Shown piece by piece: positions 50,004 to 60,745 of a DNA stretch of 64,000 nucleotides. The notes beneath the pieces were generated by a model that did no database searches, had not been told where the DNA came from, and saw nothing but the letters and a program-made list of their open reading frames with translations. Position 1 is the first letter of the stretch. Each line of letters begins with the position of its first letter. The translations under genes were made by a program, and so were the position numbers. Source of the DNA: Pseudomonadota bacterium (lineage in GTDB: Bacteria > Pseudomonadota > Gammaproteobacteria > Burkholderiales > Rhodocyclaceae); NCBI GenBank assembly GCA_052035955.1, contig JBPOHD010000005.1:11709-75708 (forward strand), given 5' to 3'.

Positions 50004-51169
50004 TGACCGGCCTGAATTTCCACCTCGGCGAGACCATCGACATGCTGCGCGATACGGTGCGCGCCTTCTCCGAGAAGGAGATCGCCCCCCGCGCCGCCCA
50101 GGTCGACCACGACAACCTCTTCCCGGCCGACCTGTGGAAGAAGTTCGGCGACCTGGGCGTCCTCGGCATGACCGTGCCCGAGGAGTACGGCGGCACCAAC
50201 ATGGGCTACCTGGCCCACATCGTCGCCATGGAGGAGATCTCCCGCGCCTCCGCGTCCGTCGGCCTGTCCTACGGCGCCCACTCCAACCTTTGCGTGAACC
50301 AGCTCCGCCGCAACGGCACCGAGGCGCAGAAGCAGAAGTACCTGACCAAGCTCGTTTCGGGGGAGCACGTCGGGGCGCTGGCCATGTCCGAGCCGAACGC
50401 CGGCTCCGATGTGGTCAGCATGAAGCTGCGCGCCGAGTTGCGCGGCGACCGCTACGTGCTCAACGGCTCGAAGATGTGGATCACCAACGGCGGCGACGCC
50501 GACACCCTGGTCGTCTACGCCAAGACCGACGGCGGCGCCGGCCCCCGCGGCATGACCGCCTTCATCGTCGAGAAGGGCTTCAAGGGATTCTCCAAGGGCT
50601 CCCACCTGGACAAGCTCGGCATGCGCGGATCCAACACCTACCCCCTGTTCTTCGACGACTGCGAAGTGCCCGCAGAGAACGTCCTGGGCGGCGAGGGCAA
50701 CGGCGTCAAGGTGCTGATGAGCGGCCTCGATTACGAGCGCGCCGTCCTCTCCGGCGGGCCGCTGGGCATCATGGCCGCCTGCATGGATGCCGTGGTTCCC
50801 TACATCCACGACCGCAAGCAGTTCGGCCAGAGCATAGGCGAATTCCAGCTCATGCAGGGCAAGGTGGCGGACATGTATTCCACCTGGCAGGCCACCCGGG
50901 CCTACGTCTATGCCGTAGGCCGGGCCTGCGATTCCGCCGACCACTCGCGCACCCTGCGCAAGGATGCCGCCGGGGCCATCCTCTTCTCCGCCGAGAAGGC
51001 CACATGGATGGCCGGCGAGGCGATCCAGACCCTGGGCGGCAACGGCTACATCAACGAGTTCCCGACCGGTCGCCTGTGGCGCGACGCCAAGCTCTACGAG
51101 ATCGGCGCCGGCACCTCGGAAATCCGCCGCATGCTGATCGGCCGCGAGCTGTTCAACGAGACGATGTGA
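50000..51169 (+). CDS. liuA: Isovaleryl-CoA dehydrogenase
   Basis: 389 aa acyl-CoA dehydrogenase. The N-terminus is typical of IVD ([37 protein letters not shown]). It sits in the liu cluster context. Confidence 0.85.
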   Translation: MMTGLNFHLGETIDMLRDTVRAFSEKEIAPRAAQVDHDNLFPADLWKKFGDLGVLGMTVPEEYGGTNMGYLAHIVAMEEISRASASVGLSYGAHSNLCVNQLRRNGTEAQKQKYLTKLVSGEHVGALAMSEPNAGSDVVSMKLRAELRGDRYVLNGSKMWITNGGDADTLVVYAKTDGGAGPRGMTAFIVEKGFKGFSKGSHLDKLGMRGSNTYPLFFDDCEVPAENVLGGEGNGVKVLMSGLDYERAVLSGGPLGIMAACMDAVVPYIHDRKQFGQSIGEFQLMQGKVADMYSTWQATRAYVYAVGRACDSADHSRTLRKDAAGAILFSAEKATWMAGEAIQTLGGNGYINEFPTGRLWRDAKLYEIGAGTSEIRRMLIGRELFNETM

Positions 51170-51187
51170 CGTGGCGAAGCGCTGTCC

Positions 51188-51227
51188 GTTTCCGCGAAAG
51201 AAGACGCCGGGCGGCATCGCCCGGCGT
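51188..51227 (-). terminator. Rho-independent terminator for the PEP-CTERM gene (the hairpin may also terminate liuA)
   Basis: Hairpin gacgccgggc-ggcatc-gcccggcgtc. On the minus strand it is followed by ttctttcgcgg. Confidence 0.55.
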
Positions 51228-51245
51228 CGCTCGCGGGACCGCGTT

Positions 51246-52127
51246 TCAGCTGCGCCGGCGCAACCGCCGTGCCCGGGCCAGCATCAGGCCCAGGCCCGCC
51301 ATCATCATGGCGTAGGTTTCCGGCTCGGGAACCGGCGCCGGCACCGCAATCCCGCCGGCGCCGATGCCGTTGCTAAGCAGCGGCAGATCCGGGTCGCCGG
51401 TGCGCGGGCGCAGGGGCAGCACGTAGTCCTGGGTCACCAGGGTCCATTCCGTCTCGTCGGGGCCGAGGAGCTTGCCGGTGTAGCTCATGAACCCGAAGGC
51501 CGGGGCGATCATCTCGCTGTGGATGAAGACATCCGTGTTCCAGTACGAAGTGCCGGTATCCGGATCCGTCAGCCATTCATGGTCGATGCGGATGGGGTCG
51601 CCGTCGGGACCCAGGGCCATCCAGTGGGCGACGTCTTCCCGGCTCGGGTAGCCGAACGGGCCGATGCCGTAGCGCGGATCCCAGTAACTCCAGTCCTCGG
51701 GCGCCTCGCCTGGGTTTGGTACGTACCATTCGAGCAGCTTGTAGGGATGGTCGAAGACCGCGCTGCCCGAGGCGTTGATCCAGTTGTCGGCCGTGGCATC
51801 GACGAAGCGGTAGGTCCAGCCGGCCGGCTGGTAGATGGTCGCCGGGTCTATGGCGGCGAGGGCGGCCGGGGTGAGGATGGGCACAAGGTAGGAAGTGATG
51901 GTCGGGATCTGGTTGTAGACGTGCTCGCGGCCGTCCGGCAGAGGGGTCCAGCTGTAATCGCCCGTGCCGGTGTTGAAGACGACGTAGTCGAACCAGAGTC
52001 GGCCGCCGCCGCCCGGATCGGCGGAGGTTTCCCAGTAGGTGACGTAATCCTGGGTATATGCGAATGCATTGCCGCCGATGGCCAGGGCGCCGGCCAGGGC
52101 GAGGACGCGCAGGGAATTGCGCTGCAT
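51246..52127 (-). CDS. PEP-CTERM sorting-domain secreted protein (exosortase substrate)
   Basis: Signal peptide MQRNSLRVLALAGALAIGGNAFA. The C-terminus VPEPETYAMMMAGLGLMLARARRLRRRS has the PEP motif, a TM helix and an Arg cluster. The listed ORF starts 10 codons earlier. Confidence 0.8.
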   Translation of the reverse strand: MQRNSLRVLALAGALAIGGNAFAYTQDYVTYWETSADPGGGGRLWFDYVVFNTGTGDYSWTPLPDGREHVYNQIPTITSYLVPILTPAALAAIDPATIYQPAGWTYRFVDATADNWINASGSAVFDHPYKLLEWYVPNPGEAPEDWSYWDPRYGIGPFGYPSREDVAHWMALGPDGDPIRIDHEWLTDPDTGTSYWNTDVFIHSEMIAPAFGFMSYTGKLLGPDETEWTLVTQDYVLPLRPRTGDPDLPLLSNGIGAGGIAVPAPVPEPETYAMMMAGLGLMLARARRLRRRS

Positions 52128-52223
52128 GGGCTTTCCTTTCAGAAAAATAACAACCACTCTCTAGACATGGATTCTATTGGCATCGCGGTCAAGCGCCACC
52201 CCGGGACTCCAGTGCGGTCGGCG

Positions 52224-52243
52224 TACCGTGAATTAATTCACGG
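52224..52243. promoter_or_regulatory. Perfect 20-bp palindrome ACCGTGAATTAATTCACGGT in the divergent region between the PEP-CTERM gene and the thioesterase gene
   Basis: Seen directly. It is AT-rich in the centre, as an operator would be. The binding factor is unknown. Confidence 0.45.
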
Positions 52244-52294
52244 TTCGTCGGCCGTCCTGCCGCCCGCCGCAGCCGCAACTCATGGAGACGAGTC

Positions 52295-52726
52295 ATGACG
52301 GGAGTCGTCGAAACCGCCCGCGGGACGGTGCACGAGTGGCAGCGGGACCACATGGGCCACATCAACGTGCGCGCCTACATGGAGTTCTTCGAGGAGGCCT
52401 GCTGGCAGTTCTACGCCATGCTCGGCTTGACGCCATCGCTGCTGCGCAGCGGCGCCGTCAACCTGGCGGCCGTGCAGCAGAACATCTCCTACCAGCGGGA
52501 GCTCTATCCCGGCGACACCGTGGCCGTGCGCACCGGCATCCTGGAACTGCGCGACAAGGTGCTGCGCTTCCGCCACGAACTGTTCAACACCGAGACCGGC
52601 GAAGTCTCCTCGACCTGCGAGTTCACCGTCGTCTGCCTCGACCCCGAGGCGCGCAAGTCGCGGCCCTTCCCGGCCGAGGTGGCGGTCAAGGCCGCCGCCT
52701 ACATGCTGCCCGTGAAAGCGCCATGA
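52295..52726 (+). CDS. Acyl-CoA thioesterase (4HBT/YbgC-like hotdog)
   Basis: 143 aa. Carries HEWQRDHMGHINVRAYMEFFEEA, the YbgC/FadM-like motif. Confidence 0.7.
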   Translation: MTGVVETARGTVHEWQRDHMGHINVRAYMEFFEEACWQFYAMLGLTPSLLRSGAVNLAAVQQNISYQRELYPGDTVAVRTGILELRDKVLRFRHELFNTETGEVSSTCEFTVVCLDPEARKSRPFPAEVAVKAAAYMLPVKAP

Positions 52727-53265
52727 GCCAGGACGCCAAGACCGATCCGGCGGCCCTCGCCGCCGAGTGGGTCGCCGCCCGGGAATCGATCCGCGAGCGG
52801 GGCCTGCCGCCGGACGTGCTGCCCGTCGAGGAATTGCGGGGTTATGGCGGCCTGGAGTTCTTCCAGAAGATGCTGCGCGGCGAGATCCCGCCGCCGCCCA
52901 TCGCCCAGACCCTGGACTTCTCCCTGGTCGAGGCGGAGAAGGGCCGGGTCGTCTTCCAGGGCCATCCGGGCCGGGCCCACTACAACCCCATCGGTTCCGT
53001 GCATGGCGGCTACCACGCCACCCTGCTCGACTCCTGCCTGGGATGCGCCGTACAGAGCTGCCTGGAGGCCGGCCAGGGCTACACCACCATCGAGCTGAAG
53101 GTGAATTACCTGCGTGCCCTCTCCGACCGCGTCGGGCCGGTGCGCGCCGAGGGCAAGGTGATCCATGTCGGCAAGCAGATCGGCACCGCCGAGGCGCGGC
53201 TCTACGACGCCTCCGGCCGCCTGTATGCCCACGCCACCACCACCTGCCTCATCTTTCCGATTTGA
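52723..53265 (+). CDS. PaaI-family thioesterase
   Basis: The ATG overlaps the upstream stop. Carries GSVHGGYHATLLDSCLGCA, the hotdog catalytic region. Confidence 0.7.
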   Translation: MSQDAKTDPAALAAEWVAARESIRERGLPPDVLPVEELRGYGGLEFFQKMLRGEIPPPPIAQTLDFSLVEAEKGRVVFQGHPGRAHYNPIGSVHGGYHATLLDSCLGCAVQSCLEAGQGYTTIELKVNYLRALSDRVGPVRAEGKVIHVGKQIGTAEARLYDASGRLYAHATTTCLIFPI

Positions 53266-53439
53266 CGGCCATGGTTCGATGGACCACCGCGCATCATGAA
53301 ACACATCGCCTTGGCCGCGTCTCGAACCGGCAAATATGCCCGCCCCTCCCGTCCTCCCCTCGCGGGGAGGTTCCAAATTGGCTCGCTACGCTCGCGTCAG
53401 CCTACGCCGAATCCGCTTTGATCGATTGAGGAGATTGTC

Positions 53440-54621
53440 ATGTCCGACCCCATCGTCATCGTCGCCGCCGCCCGCACCCCCATGGGTGGATTCATGGGCG
53501 ACTTCGCCACCCTCACCTGCGCCCAGCTCGGCAGCGCCGCCATCAAGGCTGCCGTCGAGCGCTCGGGCCTGCAGCCGGCCCAGATGGACGAGGTGATCAT
53601 GGGCTGCGTGCTGCCCGCCGGCCAGGGCCAGGCGCCGGCCCGCCAGGCCTCCCTCGGCGCCGGCCTGCCCCTGGCCGCCGGCTGCACGACGGTGAACAAG
53701 ATGTGCGGCTCCGGCATGCGCGCCGCCATGTACGCCCACGACATGCTGCTGGCCGGCAGCGTGGAGGTGATGGTGGCCGGCGGCATGGAGTCGATGACCA
53801 ACGCCCCCTACCTGCTGCCCAAGGCGCGCGGCGGCTTCCGCCTCGGCCACGGCGAGGTCAAGGACCACATGTTCCTCGACGGCCTCGAGGACGCCTACGA
53901 CAAGGGCCGCCTGATGGGCACCTTCGCCGAGGACTGCGCCGGCAGCTACGGCTTTACCCGCCAGGCCCAGGACGAGTTCGCCATCGCCTCGACGACGCGC
54001 GCCAAGCAGGCCAACAGCGACGGCTCCTTCGCCTGGGAGATCGCCCCGGTCACCGTCGCCGGCAAGAAGGGCGACGTGGTCGTGGACAAGGACGAGCAGC
54101 CCTTCAAGGCCAACCTGGAGAAGATCCCCACCCTCAAGCCCGCCTTCCGCAAGGACGGCACCGTCACCCCGGCCAATTCCTCCTCCATCTCCGACGGCGC
54201 CGCCGCCCTGGTGCTGATGCGCGCCTCGACCGCTGCCCGCCTCGGTGCCAAGCCCGTCGCCACCATCGTCGGCCACAGCACCTTCGCCCAGGAACCCGGC
54301 CTCTTCACCACCGCCCCGGTGGGCGCCATCCGCAAGCTGCTGGCGAAGAACGACTGGAGCGTCGAGAGCGTGGAACTCTGGGAGATCAACGAAGCCTTCG
54401 CCGTCGTCACCATGGCCGCCATGCACGACCTGAAGCTGCCCCACGACAAGGTCAACGTCCACGGCGGCGCCTGCGCCCTCGGCCATCCCATCGGGGCCTC
54501 CGGCGCCCGCATCCTCGTCACCCTGATCGGCGCCCTGCGCAAGCACGGCAGGAAGCGCGGCGTCGCCAGCCTCTGCATCGGCGGCGGCGAGGCTACCGCC
54601 ATGGGCATCGAGCTGGCCTAG
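53440..54621 (+). CDS. Acetyl-CoA C-acyltransferase (thiolase)
   Basis: 393 aa. Has an active-site Cys in VNKMCGSGMRA and the C-terminal motifs NVHGGACALGHPIGASGAR and GVASLCIGGGEA. Confidence 0.9.
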   Translation: MSDPIVIVAAARTPMGGFMGDFATLTCAQLGSAAIKAAVERSGLQPAQMDEVIMGCVLPAGQGQAPARQASLGAGLPLAAGCTTVNKMCGSGMRAAMYAHDMLLAGSVEVMVAGGMESMTNAPYLLPKARGGFRLGHGEVKDHMFLDGLEDAYDKGRLMGTFAEDCAGSYGFTRQAQDEFAIASTTRAKQANSDGSFAWEIAPVTVAGKKGDVVVDKDEQPFKANLEKIPTLKPAFRKDGTVTPANSSSISDGAAALVLMRASTAARLGAKPVATIVGHSTFAQEPGLFTTAPVGAIRKLLAKNDWSVESVELWEINEAFAVVTMAAMHDLKLPHDKVNVHGGACALGHPIGASGARILVTLIGALRKHGRKRGVASLCIGGGEATAMGIELA

Positions 54622-54624
54622 GCC

Positions 54625-54765
54625 TGTTTGACCACAGAGGACGCAGGGGACGCGGAGAAGGGCATGAGAAAGGCATTCGGCGGGTCGATTGACCTGCCCT
54701 CGTTCCGATCTTCCCGGGGATTGTTTCTCTCCGTGTCCTCTGCGCCCTCTGCGGTGAACTGCCCT
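54625..54765. repeat. Intergenic inverted-repeat element, copy 1 of a 3-member family (arms accacagaggacgcaggggacgcggagaa / tctccgtgtcctctgcgccctctgcggtg)
   Basis: Arms of ~30 bp flank an ~80-bp core. The right arm ends ~30 nt before the next ATG. Confidence 0.7.
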
Positions 54766-54796
54766 TGAACTCCTGAAACGCACCCACGCCCGGCAC

Positions 54797-55654
54797 ATGA
54801 GCTACGAGACCATCCTCTACGAGACCCGGGACCGGGTCGCGACGATCACCCTGAACCGCCCCGAGCGGCTCAACGCCATCGTGCCGGCCATGCCGCGGGA
54901 GATCCGCCTCGCCGTCGAGCGCGCCAACGCCGACGACGGCGTCCATGTCATCGTCCTCAAGGGGGCCGGCCGGGCCTTCTGCTCCGGCTACGACCTGAAG
55001 GACTTCGCCGAGGGCGACGCCGACACGCCCTGCACCCAGAAGATGCCCTGGGATCCGATGATCGACTACCGGGTCATGAAGGGCTTCACCGACGACTTCT
55101 TCAGCCTCTGGCGCAGCTACAAGCCGACCATCTGCCAGGTGCACGGCTTCGCCGTCGCCGGCGGCAGCGACATCGCCCTCTGCTGCGACATGGTGGTGAT
55201 GGCGGAGGACGCCAAGATCGGCTACATGCCGGCCCGGGTCTGGGGCTGCCCGACCACCGCCATGTGGGTCTATCGCCTGGGGGCCGAGAAGGCCAAGCGC
55301 ATGCTGCTCACCGGCGACACCATCGACGGCCGCAGGGCCATGGACTGGGGGCTGGTCATCGATGCCGTGCCAGAAGCGGAACTGGAAGCGGCGGTCGCCG
55401 CCCTGGCCGACCGCATGGCCGGCGTGCCGAAGAACCAGCTGATGATGCAGAAGCTGATGATCAACCAGGCCTACGACAACATGGGCCTGGCCAACACCCA
55501 GATGATCGCCACCGTCTTCGACGGCATCACCCGCCACTCCCCCGAGGGCCAGTGGTTCAAGCACTACGCCGAGGAGCAGGGCTTCCACGAGGCGGTGCGC
55601 CTGCGCGATTCCGGCGAGCCGATTCCCGGGTCGAAGACCTACAAGGGTTACTAG
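54797..55654 (+). CDS. Enoyl-CoA hydratase/isomerase family protein
   Basis: Crotonase fold. N-terminus [20 protein letters not shown]. Confidence 0.8.
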   Translation: MSYETILYETRDRVATITLNRPERLNAIVPAMPREIRLAVERANADDGVHVIVLKGAGRAFCSGYDLKDFAEGDADTPCTQKMPWDPMIDYRVMKGFTDDFFSLWRSYKPTICQVHGFAVAGGSDIALCCDMVVMAEDAKIGYMPARVWGCPTTAMWVYRLGAEKAKRMLLTGDTIDGRRAMDWGLVIDAVPEAELEAAVAALADRMAGVPKNQLMMQKLMINQAYDNMGLANTQMIATVFDGITRHSPEGQWFKHYAEEQGFHEAVRLRDSGEPIPGSKTYKGY

Positions 55655-55788
55655 GGTGAGGCGGATCCTGTCTTTCGGTTTGCTCGCAGCCATGGTGATT
55701 CGGGGCTACCGGGAGCAGTGTTTGCGTGGGGGAGGTTCCCCGTGCGACGAACGCCAGGGGGGTCGGGACGACAGGGTGTTCCGCTCCG

Positions 55789-55988
55789 CTCATGTCCCCC
55801 GGCGCCGGCCTTCGGCCACCGCCTCCTCCTTTACTTCGCTACGCGGAACACCCTGCCGTCCCGAATGGGCAGCGCATCGGGTGATCGACCGTTCGGAACC
55901 ACCGGACGATCCAGCCCGGGGCGGGGGGCGACCGGTGCGGCGAAGTAAAGGAGGAGGGCGGGGCGCAGCCCCGGCCGGGGGACATGAG
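55789..55988. repeat. Large inverted repeat (~50-bp arms, ~100-bp spacer) in the 535-bp gap upstream of the acyl-CoA dehydrogenase gene
   Basis: Left arm ctcatgtcccccggcgccggccttcggccaccgcctcctcctttacttcgc. Right arm gcgaagtaaaggaggagggcggggcgcagccccggccgggggacatgag. Confidence 0.7.
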
Positions 55989-56188
55989 TGGCGTCGGTCG
56001 CCCCCTGTTCCGGGCACCCGCAACGCTTCGGAAACGATGGCAGTTGGTTCGACACGTTCGGGTGCCGTGCGCTCCGTGTATCCATTCGGCATCGGGCAGA
56101 GGAAACTCGTGCGTCCGCGCGAAACCCCGGCTGCCCCTATCCCTTACCATCCCTCTGCCCACCGCCCCGTCGCGGTGAAAGGAAACCC

Positions 56189-57322
56189 ATGATCCTCACC
56201 CCCGAACAGGAACAGATCCGCGACATGCTGCGGGACTTCGCCCGCGAGCAACTGGCGCCGAAGGCCGCCGACTGGGACAAGACCTGCCATTTCCCCCGCG
56301 AGGAACTGCGCCAGCTCGGCGAACTGGGCTGCTGCGGCATGGTGGTCCCCGAGGAATGGGACGGCGCCGGCCTCGACTACGTCTCCCTGGCCCTGGCCCT
56401 GGAGGAGATCGCCGCCGGCGACGGCGCCACCTCCACTGTCGTCTCCGTGCAGAACTCGGTGGTCTGCGGCCCCATCAATGCCTTCGGGACGGACGCCCAG
56501 AAGGAGAAGTACCTGAGGAAGCTGGCCACCGGCGAATGGCTGGGCTGCTTCTGCCTGACCGAGCCCCACGTCGGCTCGGATGCCGCCGCCATCCGCACCC
56601 GCGCCGCCCTCGTCGATGGGCAGTGGGTCTTGAACGGCGTCAAGCAGTTCATCACCACGGGCAGGAACGCCCGGGTGGCCGTGGTCTTCGCCGTCACCGA
56701 TCCCGGCGCCGGCAAGAAGGGCATCTCCGCCTTCATCGTGCCCACCGACACGCCCGGCTACACCGTCGCCCGCATCGAGGAGAAGCTCGGCCAGCACGCT
56801 TCCGACACGGCCCAGATCCTCTTCGAGGACTGCCGCATCCCGGCGGAGAACCTGCTCGGCCGGGAAGGTGAGGGCTACCGCATCGCCCTGGCCAACCTGG
56901 AAGGCGGCCGCATCGGCATCGCCGCCCAGTCGGTCGGCATGGCCCGGGCCGCCTTCGAGGCCGCCCTGCGCTACGCCCAGGAGCGGGAGAGCTTCGGCCA
57001 GACCATCATCAACCACCAGGCGGTGAACTTCCGCCTGGCCGACATGGCCACCCGCATCGAGGCGGCCCGCCAGCTGGTGCACTACGCGGCCAGCCTCAAG
57101 GACGCCGGCCGGCCCTGCCTGAAGGAGGCGTCCATGGCCAAGCTCTACGCTTCCGAGATGGCCGAGCAGGTCTGTTCGGATGCCATCCAGATCCACGGCG
57201 GCTACGGCTACGTGGCCGACTTCCCCGTCGAGCGCATCTACCGCGACGTGCGCGTCTGCCAGATCTACGAGGGCGCCTCCGACATCCAGCGCCTGGTGAT
57301 CGGCCGCTCCCTCGCCATTTGA
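56189..57322 (+). CDS. Acyl-CoA dehydrogenase
   Basis: Starts [31 protein letters not shown]. 377 aa with the ACAD fold. The listed ORF begins 201 nt upstream, inside the inverted repeat, which is implausible. Confidence 0.85.
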   Translation: MILTPEQEQIRDMLRDFAREQLAPKAADWDKTCHFPREELRQLGELGCCGMVVPEEWDGAGLDYVSLALALEEIAAGDGATSTVVSVQNSVVCGPINAFGTDAQKEKYLRKLATGEWLGCFCLTEPHVGSDAAAIRTRAALVDGQWVLNGVKQFITTGRNARVAVVFAVTDPGAGKKGISAFIVPTDTPGYTVARIEEKLGQHASDTAQILFEDCRIPAENLLGREGEGYRIALANLEGGRIGIAAQSVGMARAAFEAALRYAQERESFGQTIINHQAVNFRLADMATRIEAARQLVHYAASLKDAGRPCLKEASMAKLYASEMAEQVCSDAIQIHGGYGYVADFPVERIYRDVRVCQIYEGASDIQRLVIGRSLAI

Positions 57323-57335
57323 CAAGGACACCCCC

Positions 57336-57959
57336 ATGGCCAATCCCGGCGATTCCGCCCCCGCCCCGGTCGAATTCTTCTTCGACTTCTCCTCCCCCTA
57401 TTCCTACATCGCCAGCGAGCTGATCGACGACCTGGCGGCGAAATACGGCCGCAAGGTCAAGTGGCGGCCGATGATGCTGGGCGCCGCCTTCCAGGCCAGC
57501 GGCCTGCCGCTGCTGGTGAAGGTGCCCCTGAAGGGCGAATACAGCCAGCGCGACTTCGACCGCTCGGCCCGCTACTACGGGGTGCCCTTCCGCTACCCGG
57601 ACAAGTTTCCCGTCGTCACCCTGTCCGCTGCCCGCGCCTACTACTGGCTGCACGGGGAGGACTGCGCGAAGGCCCGTGCCTTCGCCCACGCCGTCTTCCG
57701 CGCCTACTGGGTGGAGGGGCGCGACATCGGCGAACTGGGTGTCGTGCAGGCCGCCGCCACGGCCGTCGGCATCGATCCCGAGGCGCTTGCCGCCGCCATC
57801 CAGCGCCCCGAGATCAAGGAGCGCCTGAAGTCCGAGACCGAGGCCGTCGTCGCCCGCGGCATGTTCGGCGCCCCCTTCTTTTTCGTCGACGGCGAACCCT
57901 TCTGGGGCGCCGACCGCCTGCCCCAGGTCGAGAAGTGGCTGGCCACCGGCGGTTTCTGA
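57336..57959 (+). CDS. 2-hydroxychromene-2-carboxylate isomerase family protein (DsbA-like thioredoxin fold)
   Basis: N-terminus [15 protein letters not shown] and the motif [18 protein letters not shown]. Confidence 0.7.
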   Translation: MANPGDSAPAPVEFFFDFSSPYSYIASELIDDLAAKYGRKVKWRPMMLGAAFQASGLPLLVKVPLKGEYSQRDFDRSARYYGVPFRYPDKFPVVTLSAARAYYWLHGEDCAKARAFAHAVFRAYWVEGRDIGELGVVQAAATAVGIDPEALAAAIQRPEIKERLKSETEAVVARGMFGAPFFFVDGEPFWGADRLPQVEKWLATGGF

Positions 57960-57967
57960 GGAATGCC

Positions 57968-59575
<1,608 letters not shown>

Positions 59576-59615
59576 GTATCGCGGACGCGAGGAACGAAGC
59601 AAGGAAAATGCATTT

Positions 59616-59756
59616 GAACCACAGAGGACACAGAGGGCGCAGAGGAAAATCAGGATCATGTCGAAATCGCGCGATTGCCCGATGGTGCATTCCCTTGCGG
59701 GCAAGCCGCTGATGCATTGCATTCCCCTGTGTCCTCCGCGTCCTCTGCGTCGAGGC
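59616..59756. repeat. Intergenic inverted-repeat element, copy 2 (arms gaaccacagaggacacagagggcgcagaggaaaatc / cattcccctgtgtcctccgcgtcctctgcgtcgagg)
   Basis: Same family as the 54625 copy. Lies between liuB and liuC. Confidence 0.7.
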
Positions 59757-59779
59757 CTTTGAATTAACGGAGCCAGCAT

Positions 59780-60568
59780 ATGTACGAAACCATCCTCACC
59801 GAAGTCGACAACGGCGTCGGCATCGTCACCATGAACCGGCCGGAGCGCCACAACGCCTTCGACGACGTGCTGATCCGCGAACTCATCGACGCCGTCGGCG
59901 CCATGGAGCGCGACCCGGCGGTGCGCGTGCTGGTGATTTCGGGCACCGGCAAGAGCTTCTGTGCCGGCGCCGACCTCAACTGGATGAAGCGCGCCGCCAC
60001 CTTCACGGCGGAGGAGAACCGGCGCGACTCCCAGGCCCTGGCGGAGATGCTGCGTTCCCTGGCCCAGATGGGCAAGCCGACCGTGGCCCGGGTCCAGGGG
60101 CCGGCCTACGGCGGCGGCGTCGGCCTGGTGGCCGCCTGCGACATCGCCATCGCCACCTTCGACGCCCAGTTCACGCTCTCCGAAGTGAAGCTGGGGATCA
60201 TCCCCTCGGTGATCAGCCCGCACGTGATCGCCGCCATCGGCGAGCGCTACGCCCGCCGCTACATGCTCACCGCCGAACGCTTCTCGGCCGCCGAGGCCTA
60301 CCGCATCGGACTGATCCACGAGATGGTGGCCGACGAGGCGGCCCTGGACGAGGCCGTCGGCATGATCGTGGACGGCCTGCTGAAGAACGGCCCGGCGGCG
60401 CTGCGCGCCTGCAAGGACCTGATCCGCGCCGTCGCCGGCCGGCCCATCACCGCCGAGGTGGTGGCCGACACGGCGGCCCGCATCGCCGCCATCCGCACCA
60501 CCGAGGAAGCCCAGGAAGGCATGGCCGCCTTCCTGCAGCGCCGCAAGCCCAACTGGGTGGTGGGATAA
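59780..60568 (+). CDS. liuC: Methylglutaconyl-CoA hydratase (enoyl-CoA hydratase family)
   Basis: Crotonase fold. Position between liuB and liuD. Confidence 0.75.
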   Translation: MYETILTEVDNGVGIVTMNRPERHNAFDDVLIRELIDAVGAMERDPAVRVLVISGTGKSFCAGADLNWMKRAATFTAEENRRDSQALAEMLRSLAQMGKPTVARVQGPAYGGGVGLVAACDIAIATFDAQFTLSEVKLGIIPSVISPHVIAAIGERYARRYMLTAERFSAAEAYRIGLIHEMVADEAALDEAVGMIVDGLLKNGPAALRACKDLIRAVAGRPITAEVVADTAARIAAIRTTEEAQEGMAAFLQRRKPNWVVG

Positions 60569-60582
60569 GGCGAAGTGTCATT

Positions 60583-60717
60583 CACCGCAGAGGACGCAGA
60601 GGGCACGGAGAAAGGCGTCGATGAGTGACCGGCCCGTCGATGGGGAGGACCTCGGCCTCTTGCCAGGATGTTCTTGGTGACTTGCCTTCCTCTGTGTCCT
60701 CCGCGTCCTCTGTGGTG
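60583..60717. repeat. Intergenic inverted-repeat element, copy 3 (arms caccgcagaggacgcagagggcacggagaaaggc / gccttcctctgtgtcctccgcgtcctctgtggtg)
   Basis: Same family. Lies between liuC and liuD. Confidence 0.7.
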
Positions 60718-60745
60718 GACTGCTTTTATTGAATAGGGATCGACC

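Noticed and set aside
55988-56188. Upstream 67-codon extension of the acyl-CoA dehydrogenase ORF
   Set aside because: It falls inside the large inverted repeat. The conserved ACAD N-terminus begins at ATG 56189.
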